This document shows, one piece after another, positions 14,057-25,184 of a stretch of DNA of 64,000 bases. A model generated the notes under the pieces. The model was given only the letters and a program-made list of their open reading frames with translations. It did no database searches and was not told the origin of the DNA. Source of the stretch: Eledone cirrhosa (Eukaryota). The stretch is taken from NCBI GenBank assembly GCA_964016885.1, contig OZ024751.1:8990001-9054000 (forward strand), in the 5' to 3' direction. Every line of letters begins with the position of its first letter. Positions within the stretch are counted from its first letter, which is position 1. Position numbers and translations under genes: made by a program.

Positions 14057-16939
14057 GAGAAGAGAGAGGAGTTGGGACATCTGTTCGAGGAGAGTGGTAT
14101 ACAGATACTTGCGATCCAAGAACACAGGATTCTACACGATGAGCCCGTGAGGAGTGTGATGATCGGGAGGAAGAGCCAGCTCATCACTACATCGGCAGTG
14201 AAGAACACAACAAATGCTGCAGTAGGAGGAGTGGGTTTTGTGTTCAGTGCAAAAACCAATCTGTTGGTGAGGGAAATAATGCCTATCTCCCCGCGAGTGT
14301 TGAGGGTGACCTTCAATGGAAACCCAAGACTGACAGTCATCTCAGCCTATAGTCCAACCGAGGGGGACAGTGATGTGAATGCCGAGGAGTTCCATGAGGA
14401 AGTGTGTAGAGCTGTCAACACCACTCAGGCACACAATATCCTGCTTGTTTTGGGGGACTTCAATGCACATCTGAGTAAGGAGGGCAGTGAAGATCCTTGC
14501 TGGTACTTCCATAACAACACCAACCGAAATGGAAGACTACTGAGAGACACCCTGCTGGAGGCGAACTTGATGGCGACCAACCTAAGGTTTAGGAAGAATC
14601 TGGGGAAGATGTGGACCTACATCTCAGATATGCACCTGTCCAAGTCCCAGATTGATTTCATTCTGGTGAGGAAAAAGTGGCGGAATAGTGTTCTGAACAC
14701 GGAACCATACAGCTATTTCAGTACACTGGGTAGTGACCACCGGCTTGTTATGAGTGAGGTCCGCGTGAGCTTAAGAAAGAGCAAGGCTCAGCCCCGGAGA
14801 ACAATCTATGACTGGGGAGCTTTCAAGGAAGATGATAAGCTACAGGAGAGGTTCACAGTGGAAGTGAGAAACAGGTTTAGTGCTCTGTGTGGAGAGTCAG
14901 AGGAGAGAGAGATTGGATGGACTGAGGAGAGTGTGACGAGGAGGTACGGGCACTTCACCAATGCAGTGGCGAAAGCAAGTGAAACCCTGGTGCCGAGGAA
15001 AAAGAACAAAGGGAAGCACGTCAGCTCTGCAGACCCAAAAGTGTGTGCAGCCAGAGAACACCTGAAAGCTGCCAGGGACCAATTCTATGCTGATCCTACG
15101 GAGGAGAGGATGGAGACTGTGGAGGTGATGAGGGAAGAGCTCTGTACCGCTTACACTGAGGTCAGAGAGGAGGCACTGATAGAGAAGATCAGAAGTGTGG
15201 AGAGAGCGGTTGACAGATCTGGATGTAAGGAGAGCTGGATGATCATCAACGAGATCACAGGGAGGAAGAAAAGGTGTTCGAGTCAGATCCAGGGAACGGG
15301 GCCCGAGGATAGGAAGAGGAAATGGCTAGACCATTTTAGGACCCTACTAGGAGAGCCACCCTCCACAGCCCAGAGCACTGGGGAGATCAGGCGGCTGTTT
15401 GAGGAACTGGATGTTGAGACAGAGCCCTTCACCAGAGAGGAGCTTCAGAGAGCCAAGAAGAAGATCAAGGAGGGCAAGGCTCATGGAGAAGATGGAGTAG
15501 CATCAGAGGTGATGAAGTGGTGTGATTTTGATGATATCATCCTGGGGTTCTGTAACGGGGCACTGGAGAAAGGAGTTGCCCCGAATCAGTGGAGGATCAG
15601 TAACATCGTCCCAGTGCCAAAGAAGGGAGATCTCTCTAACACCAACAACTACCGGGGGATCTCACTGACGTCACTTGTGGCAAAGACCCTCAACAGGATG
15701 ATTCTTAACAGGATCCAGCCTGAGATGGAGAAGAAGCTCAGGGACAACCAGAACGGCTTCAGAGAGGGTAGATCAACCACCAGTCACATCCTGATGCTGA
15801 GGAGGATATTAGAGGGAGCTAGAGCAAAGTGCCTTCCTGCGGTCATGGTTTTCATTGACTTTAGGAAGGCCTTTGATTCTGTGGACCGTTACTGCCTGAT
15901 GAAGATCTTGCGGGCTTATGGAATCCCCAAGAGGATAGTGGACCTGATATCACTGCTCTACACCAACACCAAAGCCCAAGTCATTACACCTGATGGGATG
16001 ACAGAGTTCTTTGAGATACTGGCTGGAGTGCTCCAGGGAGATTCATTGGCTCCCTACCTTTTTATCATCGTAGTGGACTATTGTATGCGCCTTGCACTGG
16101 AGAAACACCAGGACTCTGGCTTTACTGTAGCACCGGCTCAGAGCAGGAGAGTTGGGGCGAAAAAGGTATCGGATGCTGAATTTGCCGACGACATAGTTTT
16201 GGTGACAAATACAGTGAAGGAGGCAGAGGATTTGATGCGGGAGGTTGAGACTGTGTCGATGAGTGTGGGGCTGAGAATGAATGAGACTAAAACAAAATAT
16301 CTGGTAGAGAATGTTGAGAAGCCAGAGGGGATCACTAATGTAGGCGGGAAGCCGCTGGAATTGGTTGAGGACTTCCTGTATTTGGGAGCAAAGATTGGGA
16401 ATACGGAAGATGATGTGGTTGAGAGGAAGAGCAAGGCCTGGGCGGCGTGCCACAGCTTGAGATCGGTGTGGAAGTCGGACCTTCGTAGAGACCTGAAAAT
16501 CCGCCTCTTCATTGCTGTAGTGGAGTCTGTGCTGCTGTGTGGGTCTGAGACTTGGACACTGACCAAGAGACTCACTCAGATGGTGGATGGGTGCTACACG
16601 AGAATGCTGAGGATGGCTCTGAACATTAATCAGTATACACTGAGGATGAAAAACTCAGAGCTGTATGGGAGCCTCCCAAAAGTCAGCTCAAAAGTGACAC
16701 AGAGGAGACTGAGGTTGGCTGGACATGCTCACCGACATCCAGAGTTGACATTGCACTCCGTGCTCCTTTGGGAGCCCCTACATGGACACACTGGAAGAGG
16801 AAGACCAAGGTTAACATATGTTGATGCCCTAAGGACAGACACTGGTCTGTTGGAGACGCAGGACATGGCAGCGATAATGAGGGACAGAGACCGCTGGAGA
16901 GAACTCGTCCATGGATCTCGGGAATTTTACCCGCCTTAG
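14053..16939 (+). CDS. APE endonuclease-reverse transcriptase, about 960 codons with no stops; true start missing
   Basis: Motifs LAIQEHR, GDFNAH, QIDFIL, SDHRLV; RT FIDFRKAFDSV, GVLQGDSLAPYLF, FADD, YLG; C-terminal GRGRPR. The ORF-track N-terminus is microsatellite read-through. Confidence 0.9.
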
Positions 16940-16950
16940 ATAGATAGATA
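14053..16950 (+). mobile_element. RTE-clade LINE, slightly 5'-truncated, inserted in (TA)n
   Basis: APE endonuclease plus RT in a single ORF; (TAGA)n tail at 16937-16950. Confidence 0.92.
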
Positions 16951-17010
16951 GAGATATATATATAAGGAAAAGCGAAGTAGTTTCAGATGTTCAAGTCCTT
17001 TAATAATAAT

Positions 17011-17084
17011 GCTGTGATATATATTTCAATGGCGACACTGGCCACACTGTTCTGTGTGCGAGTGTCGTGACATCATCAGACAGC
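17011..17084 (-). ncRNA. Hammerhead ribozyme (mirror of 17757-17830)
   Basis: Reverse complement of the + copy; core intact. Confidence 0.8.
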
Positions 17085-17756
17085 TTGTTATATAATAAGA
17101 TTATGTTTCCGAGGCAATCCAAATTGAATCGACATGGGAACGGATGAAATGCGTGCTTTTGGGTTTCTCACCGGTTCCCCTGTGAGTACCAATTCACCCC
17201 CACCGGTCTGCGCATGCGCATGTCCGAAGGAAGTTGACCATTAGCTACCGCAGATTTCAACGAAATTCGCTTAGTCAGTTCACCCTCTCAGCCACACAAT
17301 GGCTCGTACCACAGTTTACTGCTACCCATCCCGACTGTGGCAGTCAGCCGAAAGCCAGAGGGGATGGGAGAGTGTTAGTTCCTACAGGTCATAATACTAC
17401 CTCTCAACTAGCGTGGACAGTACAACTGACCATCAACTCAAAGGCAAAATAAACTTAATTCTAGGTATCATGGTTTTACATTGTAAGTTAAGAGTGAGAG
17501 TTGGAAATAAAAATTAAAGTCCTAAATCAAATATTAGAAATTATAAATTAAACAATTAAAAAATTAACAATTAGAAATTAAAAGTTAAAAGTTAAAAATT
17601 TTTTTAAAAATGAGAATTCGGATGCATGCGCAGACCGGTGGGGGTGAATTGGTACTCACAGGGGAACGGGTGAGAAACCCAAAAGCACGCATTTCATGCG
17701 TTCCCATGTCGATTCAATTTGGATTGCCTCGGAAACATAACCTTATTATGTAACAA

Positions 17757-17830
17757 GCTGTCTGATGATGTCACGACACTCGCACACAGAACAGTGTGGC
17801 CAGTGTCGCCATTGAAATATATATCACAGC
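17757..17830 (+). ncRNA. Hammerhead ribozyme
   Basis: GCTGT-CTGATGA-..CGACACT..CACAC..GTGTG..AGTGTCG..-GAAA-TATATA-TC-ACAGC. Confidence 0.8.
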
Positions 17831-18551
17831 ATTATTATTAAAGGACTTGAACATCTGAAACTACTTCGCTTTTCCTTATTCGATATTTACTCCGTCACTC
17901 CTATGTGGAAAAAGTACGTTGAGTGCTTGAATTGAATTGCATCAATATTTACCCTAATATATATATATATATATATATTTTAATAAATATATAATGTGAG
18001 CCCCGGTTTCAATACGTTAGTCGAGTCCAAATAACAAATTTAATATGGAAAGAGTTCTACAGGACGAGAACTGTTTCATTCGAAAGGAATCAACAGGAAA
18101 ACCTTAATGGCTTCTTTAGATTGAAACATTTCTAGTTCTGTGGAAGACATTTCTATATTAAACTTATATATGTAACCGGAATAACGTATCTGTGACGGTC
18201 GACTGGTGAGATGGGACCACTCTCTGTATTCGCTCCGTTTCCTGCCTTTGCCCGTATTTTGTTTTCACATATATATATATCCCGCCGAGGATAACTTTGC
18301 CTTCCATCCTTACGGGGGTCGAAAAAAAACAGCACCAGTCATTCGCTGGGGTCGATTTATTCGAATTTCCCCTCCGGCGAGATTACTGGCCTTGTGTCTA
18401 AAGTAGAAACAATTGTTGTATTAAGAGTGAATAGTGAAACTTGTTACTCTGAAGTTTCACGTGCTTCTCAGTGTGTTATCATATATGAATATAGACACAC
18501 ATACAAACAAACAAACAAACAAACAAACAAACAAACAAACAAACAAACACA

Positions 18552-18650
<99 letters not shown>

Positions 18651-19204
18651 TTTCATTTCGCCTTATTTCCGTTCATTGTCTTGTTCTCACTTTGTAAACT
18701 TTTGAAAATGTATCTACTATTGTGATTAAGGTGTTTATCGTCCCCATTCCCCACCCCCATTAATTGCAATGGCTTATCTTTTTTACATGAAATTCTCTTT
18801 TGGCTCTTTTTCTTCTTTTGTTTCGTTTATGTTTCACGTGCTATAAGAGGCACCGCACTTTTTCTATAACGTCATATAAAATTATGTGTACGCGTACTTA
18901 ATTGCTATAAATAAATGTTTTGTCTCTCATCTCTTACTACAAGTAATACCCTTGCTAGGGTTCGAAACTGCCAAGGTCTACCTCAACGGCCGATGAACCT
19001 AGAGTCCTGTGTCCTTCGGTTGTATGATTTAAAAAAAAAAATATTTGTTTAAGGTTTCCCCTTTTAAAAAATGGTTTTCGTTTTGCTTCCCTTGACTACG
19101 TTCGTTGTCTTCTCTTTGTTATTTTTTTTACAGTTTTTATATATATGTATACATATATACATAAATACTTTCAATCTGTGGCTCTCTCTGCACTCTCTCT
19201 CTCG

Positions 19205-19243
<39 letters not shown>

Positions 19244-19275
19244 TATATATATACATATATAAGGGTCAGGACCCT

Positions 19276-19315
<40 letters not shown>

Positions 19316-19530
19316 AATTCAGCGAGAATCGCATTTCGGCGAGTAGAAAAAGCGAAACGAAACACAAAATCAGAGTTATGATGGCAAGCGTTCAATAGTT
19401 AAAAAACCAGAGCTAAACAATATGTTAAAACGCCATACAAACTGAACAAGTGGTCAAGAAGGCATTAACCTCCTAAGCCAAAAAACAAATCAAGCTAAAT
19501 AGCTCAAACAAAATAATTTAAATATATATA

Positions 19531-19648
19531 TTTTACGGCCATATCCCGCTGAAAACACCGGTTCTCGTCCGATCACCGAAGTTAAGCAACGTCGAGCCTA
19601 GTTAGTACTTGGATGGGTGACCGCTTGGGAACCCTAGGTGCCGTAAGC
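19531..19648 (+). rRNA. 5S rRNA copy (dispersed, probably retroposed)
   Basis: TTACGGCCATATC..GAAAACACCGGTTCTCGTCCGATCACCGAAGTTAAGC..TTAGTACTTGGATGGGTGACCGCTTGGGAA..CCGTAAGC; helix I TTACGG/CCGTAA. Confidence 0.9.
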
Positions 19649-19657
19649 GTTTATTTT

Positions 19658-19720
19658 CAAGGGCGGTGCCCCAGCATGGCCTCAGCCGGATGGCTGAAAC
19701 AGGTAAAAGAGTAAAAGAGT
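19658..19720 (+). mobile_element. SINE/LINE-type 3' tail fused to the 5S copy
   Basis: GGCGGTGCCCCAGCATGGCC..TGGCTGAAACAGGTAAAAGAGTAAAAGAGT; similar tail on - strand near 7352-7375. Confidence 0.6.
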
Positions 19721-20066
19721 ATATATATACAGAGAGAGAGAGAGAGAGAGAGAAAGATGAAATCGAAAATGTAACTGGAGTCTTATTTTTTAAAAAATAT
19801 ATATATTTATTTGGTTCCTTTACCGGTTTCACAGTTCTTCTGCCTTTCAAAAGTAGAGTTAAGATGGAGGGTCTGTGGTTTTTAAAAAATAACACTCCAT
19901 TTGCATTTTACATATCATCTTTTTTTCTTTATACTTTCACTCGTGTAGGACACCTCGGTTAGTTTTCATTTTGTAAAAAAACCTCACTTTCTAATATATA
20001 TATATATATATATATAAAATAAAGTTAAATAAAAAATCAAATGATTAAAATTTAGCTTCGTTTATT

Positions 20067-20121
20067 ACTGCTATATATATTTCAGTGACAGCCATCCTTG
20101 GCTGTGACCTCTTCAGGCAGT
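20067..20121 (-). ncRNA. Hammerhead ribozyme
   Basis: Minus: ACTGC-CTGAAGA-GGTCACAGCC aaggat GGCTGTCACT-GAAA-TATATA-TA-GCAGT. Confidence 0.85.
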
Positions 20122-20367
20122 TTGAATTAGTATGGTATAGACAAGTACATATGTTGTTGAGGTGTATAATATTGTCAATACTCTGATATGCCCAGTTCCT
20201 GGTTGGGTTGTTTTTTCACTGAGGAACTGGAATCATATCCAATATATCCAATATGATTCCAGTTCCTCAGTGAAAAAACAACCCAACCAGGAACTGGGCA
20301 TATCAGAGTATTGACAATATTATACACCTCAACAACATATGTACTTGTCTATACCATACTAATTCAA

Positions 20368-20422
20368 ACTACCTGAAGAGGTCACAGCCAAAGATGGCTG
20401 TCACTGAAATATATATAGCAGT
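20368..20422 (+). ncRNA. Hammerhead ribozyme (one stem I mismatch)
   Basis: ACTAC-CTGAAGA-GGTCACAGCC..GGCTGTCACT-GAAA-TATATA-TA-GCAGT. Confidence 0.8.
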
Positions 20423-20569
20423 AATAAACGAAGGTAAATTTTAATCATTTGACTTTTTATTTAACTTTATTTTACACTACTCCGGAGTAACCAAACCAAC
20501 CTGCGCACTTCGTCGATTGCTCCAGCCTGCATACTGAGGTGTTGGTATACAACCAACATAAACTCAAAA

Positions 20570-20647
<78 letters not shown>

Positions 20648-21853
20648 TCCTGACTCCTTTCATATATATTTATATACAAATACATTATACTTGCAGATAT
20701 CTCGTAACCGATGAGTAGTTTTCCCTATTAATGAATAATAAAAACTAATCAACTTTCAAATGAAAATACAATTTTTCTGTCGTAATGAAATAGCTGAATA
20801 CAGATAGTGAACCGGTAAACTGAAATCTTATCTCCTAAAATGCTGAACTAAGCAATCTCTGCAAAATCTCTTATTGTGAAGCATTTTATAGCATTCTAAA
20901 GTTAATAATCTGTATAATGTGTGTCAACAGAACATAATATTTACTTTTATTTGTAAACTAATTTCTCCAAAACTTTAGGGTTAAATACTTGGGTATTATT
21001 TTAATTAGTAAATATAAATGTAGTTATGTCTACATAATGTGATTGCTTCTGGGTTCAGGCAATCAAGCGTTTGATTTTCTTCATGATATTTAAGCAAGAT
21101 GTTATTACTATCGTCAACGGCCTTAAGGGAATTCTTATTGGAGATCTACATTAATTTCAAATACTGCTCTTGTTTGATTTAGTAAATTATAGGGGATAAT
21201 ATACATTGCATTACAACGGGAACTATCTGACCTCCTTGGAATTCTTCATTTAATCTTAACGGATCAAATTTCTCCTTTTGTGACTTTTCAATGAATGACT
21301 GCAAATTATTTCAGTCCCTGCGGAGGATTTGCTGTTTATTTATCATTTATTCCTTCAAATTGTTATTTTTTATGTTATTCTGTCTATAAGTTTGACATCG
21401 AAAGCAATTTATTTCCAATTATAACTTTTACGTTCTTTCATTGAATTATAAGTAAACAAAATATACATCTATTAAGAGAAGTTTAGAAATAGCCAAAATG
21501 AATTGTCTATGAATTCGTAATAATGTAAAGTTTATAACATGTATTCGTTTTCTCTCTGTTTGCGTTTTTGTTGTTTTGCCGTTATTTTTTTTCAGATTTG
21601 ATTTGTGCAAATTTATTGAAATTATTTACGTGTTTTGGCGAGCTGAAAAGCCATCCTTTCGTGATAGTTTACGCTAGTCTAATGGTGTCCTCTACCAGAG
21701 CTCGTAAACACATACAAATAAACTCACACGCCCAAATACATACGCTCACACGTATACATGTATAAATATATATGATTTACACATGTTATTACACATATAT
21801 GTATATATAAGTGTATATATATATGTATATATATGTGTGTGTATATATATATG

Positions 21854-21889
<36 letters not shown>

Positions 21890-21890
21890 A

Positions 21891-21943
<53 letters not shown>

Positions 21944-22037
21944 TCTATATATGTATGTTTGTATGTGTGTGTATATATATATATGTATATATATATATGT
22001 ATATGTATATATATATGTTTTTATATATATATGTGTG

Positions 22038-22070
<33 letters not shown>

Positions 22071-22767
22071 TTGCGAGCGTGTCTGTATCTGTGTCTGTAT
22101 ATGGGCATGTAGGCAGGCGTCTGTGTATGTGCATGTCTATAGTTTTTGTTATATCCCCTCCTTAATTAAGTGTGTGTGTGTAGCGCGGGAGACTATGCGT
22201 ACGGATGTTGTTTTGTTTGGGATTGTGTGTGTGTGTTTGCGTGCATGTGTATATATCTGTGTGAGTGCGCGCGTGGCCGTGTGAACTACAAAACCAGCAG
22301 TAACTCATCGAAGTGTGGCAGAATGGTCAGCCGAATTGGCACCTGTTGGACAAATTTATGATGACATAGAAAATCAGCAGCCAATAACGGGACGCGCGAA
22401 GGGGATGTTTTTTGACGCCAACACCCCAGTGAAAGAATTTTCTCCGAAAGAATTTGACGTGTCCGACGAGCCCGCAGATCCAGAGTCAAACAAGATCCAT
22501 GCAATAATCGTGTCTCGAGCTGTCCGCCGGCGAAACAATTGGAACATACAATAAATTGATTTCAGACTCATCACTGATTTTTCATTTTATATTATACCAT
22601 ACTCTGTTCTGTAAGAGCATAGGGTGCTCAACCGGCATACCGCCTATGGAAGCATCTTAGCTACCATCAGACACACATATATATATATATGTGTGTATGT
22701 GTGTATATATATGTATGTATATATTTCTATGTATATATATATATATATATATGTATATACATATGTG

Positions 22768-22855
<88 letters not shown>

Positions 22856-22929
22856 ACAAGGAATTATGGTAAGGAACCAGATGGACCAAAACGCACCTGA
22901 GTACTCAATACTTGGGGTAATTTGGAACG

Positions 22930-23798
22930 CGGGCCGCCAACAGACCTAATCGTGGTAAAACTGCATGCCTGGACAATATGTAAAGAAAATAAATCGAATA
23001 CTCTGATGGACGGATAATCTTTAAGATTTTCCTCGATGAAGCAGGAAAAATGCAGGTTTTCAACTAATGAGAGCCCTGGAGGATCAAGAAACTGAATTTT
23101 TTTATGTGCATAATAATGCCTTGAAATTTCGGGAAAATCGGCTAGTCGTAATGCCTCCAAACGCCGTAAGAAGCTAAAAAAAGGAAGTTTTTCACCTAAT
23201 GCGGCCCTAGGCCATAATAAAGTTGGATTTTCTTTGCTCACGGTATGAAGAAGAGACTGACGAATACATAGTTACAATTTCAAAGAAATCGGTCTGACGT
23301 AACGCCTCAAAAAACGCCTAAAAGTCTTACAAAACTCAGTTTTTCACCCAATGAGGGCTCTAGGAGATAAAGAAAGTTGAATGTTCTTATGAGCATAACA
23401 CTCCTTGAAACTATGTAATACACATGTAAAGTTTGAAAAACATAGTTGGGTACTTCTCCAGTTTTAGGGATTCAAACTCAGACACACACACACAGACAGA
23501 CATCCTCAGGGAAGTGACGTAATGCAGACAGCCAGACATACAGACATATATTATAAGGGTGCGACGTTACATGTATGTATCTATCTAAAAAGAGAAAGAC
23601 TAAGAATTATAGAGAGAGATAGGTAAGCGCCTAATGCAGTCCCTATGGCATTGAAAATTTGAAATTTCTTTTGCTCAGAACACTCCCTGAAGTATTACAT
23701 GTGTAAAGTTTGAAAACAGTCGGTTTGGAGTTTCTCGAGTTTTAGAGATTCGAACTCACACACACACCGAAAAACATCCTCAGTTTTATATATATAGA
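22930..23798 (-). mobile_element. Non-autonomous Helitron-like element (5' part), with internal duplication
   Basis: Minus 5' end TCTATATATATAAAA at 23798; 23380-23510 resembles 23660-23790; 3' end not found. Confidence 0.45.
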
Positions 23799-23853
23799 TA
23801 GTATAGTATTACTGTTGAAAATATGTACACCAATCTATAATTATATATATATA

Positions 23854-24667
23854 CTAGCAGTAAAGCCCGGCGTTGCTCGGGGTCGCTCAGTAGCTGTGTT
23901 AAAGTTACAATGTTAAGTTTCTTTTTTGGCTTAAAAACTGTAGTGTCTACTGTGCAGACTTGCATGTGGTGTTTTTGATTAATATTCCCTCAACCAACAA
24001 TATGCCTTATGAAGTTAAGAAAACATAACGATAACCCGAATATTATAACAAAAGAGGATGCTGGGGATAAAAACTGCACTGGTTATTTATTAACAAAGAT
24101 CGAAAATGTAAACACTGCAACGCAGAGAAAAACATTAGCGTAACCAAATTATCAGTTATGTCTGTCTGCACGCCTATATCACCTCTCTGCACGACTGTCT
24201 GTCTGCACGCCTGAAATATTTGCTTGTTTTACGTAGTCTTTAAATAGACTTGTTTTCAAGTAAAAATATTGTTTTAAAATGCTTTTAAATGGAAATGAAG
24301 CAAAACGGAAGCTTAGTGTTCGAACTGATGAATTTTGCAGGTCAATATTTTGCTGGCTCGACAACTGTTCGTGTATTGTGTTAATGTCATTTTAAACGCT
24401 GAGAAAGCCAGCGTAATTTTTTACGTAAGACTCTCAATGTAAACAGAACAAAGGGAAATAACTGATAACTTACGCTCAAAAATCGATACATTATATTCGA
24501 TTTCGTCACATAGGGTGGGTCAATTTGAAATATTTTTTTCCGATGTCTTCGCTAGGGCTCAATATACAAGTATAGCAATTTCGGTGCAATTCCGTCAGAG
24601 ATTCTAAGAGGAGATGTGTGCCAAAAATCGATAGACAGACATACAACCACAGTTTTATATATATAGA
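23854..24667 (-). mobile_element. Non-autonomous Helitron
   Basis: Minus 5' A|TCTATATATATAAAA; 3' hairpin CCCGAGCAACGCCGGG then CTAG|T. Confidence 0.8.
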
Positions 24668-25184
24668 TTATAGATTATGATATATATATATACATAATTA
24701 ATTAAAAGTTGGTTAGAAGCAGAGTCAACACAGACAGGGAGACACACAGACAGATATTATAAGCGCGTGACGTTATAGCTATGTATCGTTATAGCTATAT
24801 ATATATTATATATAATAAATTACCAGTAATGTACTGGAATAAGTGCTGGCCTTGTGCCATAAGTACAAACAATTATACTTCTTTTTTATACAACTGTAAA
24901 TAACATGTTTATGGATGTATATGTACCTATACAGGAATGCTGTAATAAAATGTACAAATTAATTCTTCGGTGGATTGGCAGTATCGGCCGAGGGTCAGAC
25001 GCCATGCTTTCCAGCATAGTTACGTCCCTTTACGATCTGAGTTCAAATCCCGCCGAGGTTGACTTTGCCTTTTATCCTTACGGGGACGATAAAAAAGTAC
25101 CAGTAATGCACTGGTTAATTGCTGGCTTTGTGCGTAATGTAGAAACAATTTATGATACTAACACTATATATATATATATATATA

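Larger units (their letters stand above)
16962..17956 (+). mobile_element. Inverted-repeat pLTR-like element with two HHRs
   Basis: Arms about 16962-17226/17619-17879; TTGAGTGCT at 17919; ends in (TA)n. Confidence 0.8.
20015..20575 (+). mobile_element. Fold-back element with two HHRs
   Basis: Near-perfect arms 20015-20237/20250-20474, short loop, unique tail, (TA)n flanks. Confidence 0.8.

Noticed and set aside
16962-20575. Classifying the hairpin elements as MITEs
   Set aside because: Arms are asymmetric with a one-sided unique tail, carry HHRs, and one family matches a PLE 3' end
21231-21298. Possible minus-strand exon (SFIEKSQKEKFDPLRLNEEFQG)
   Set aside because: Short, no recognisable homology, and splice signals of this quality occur by chance
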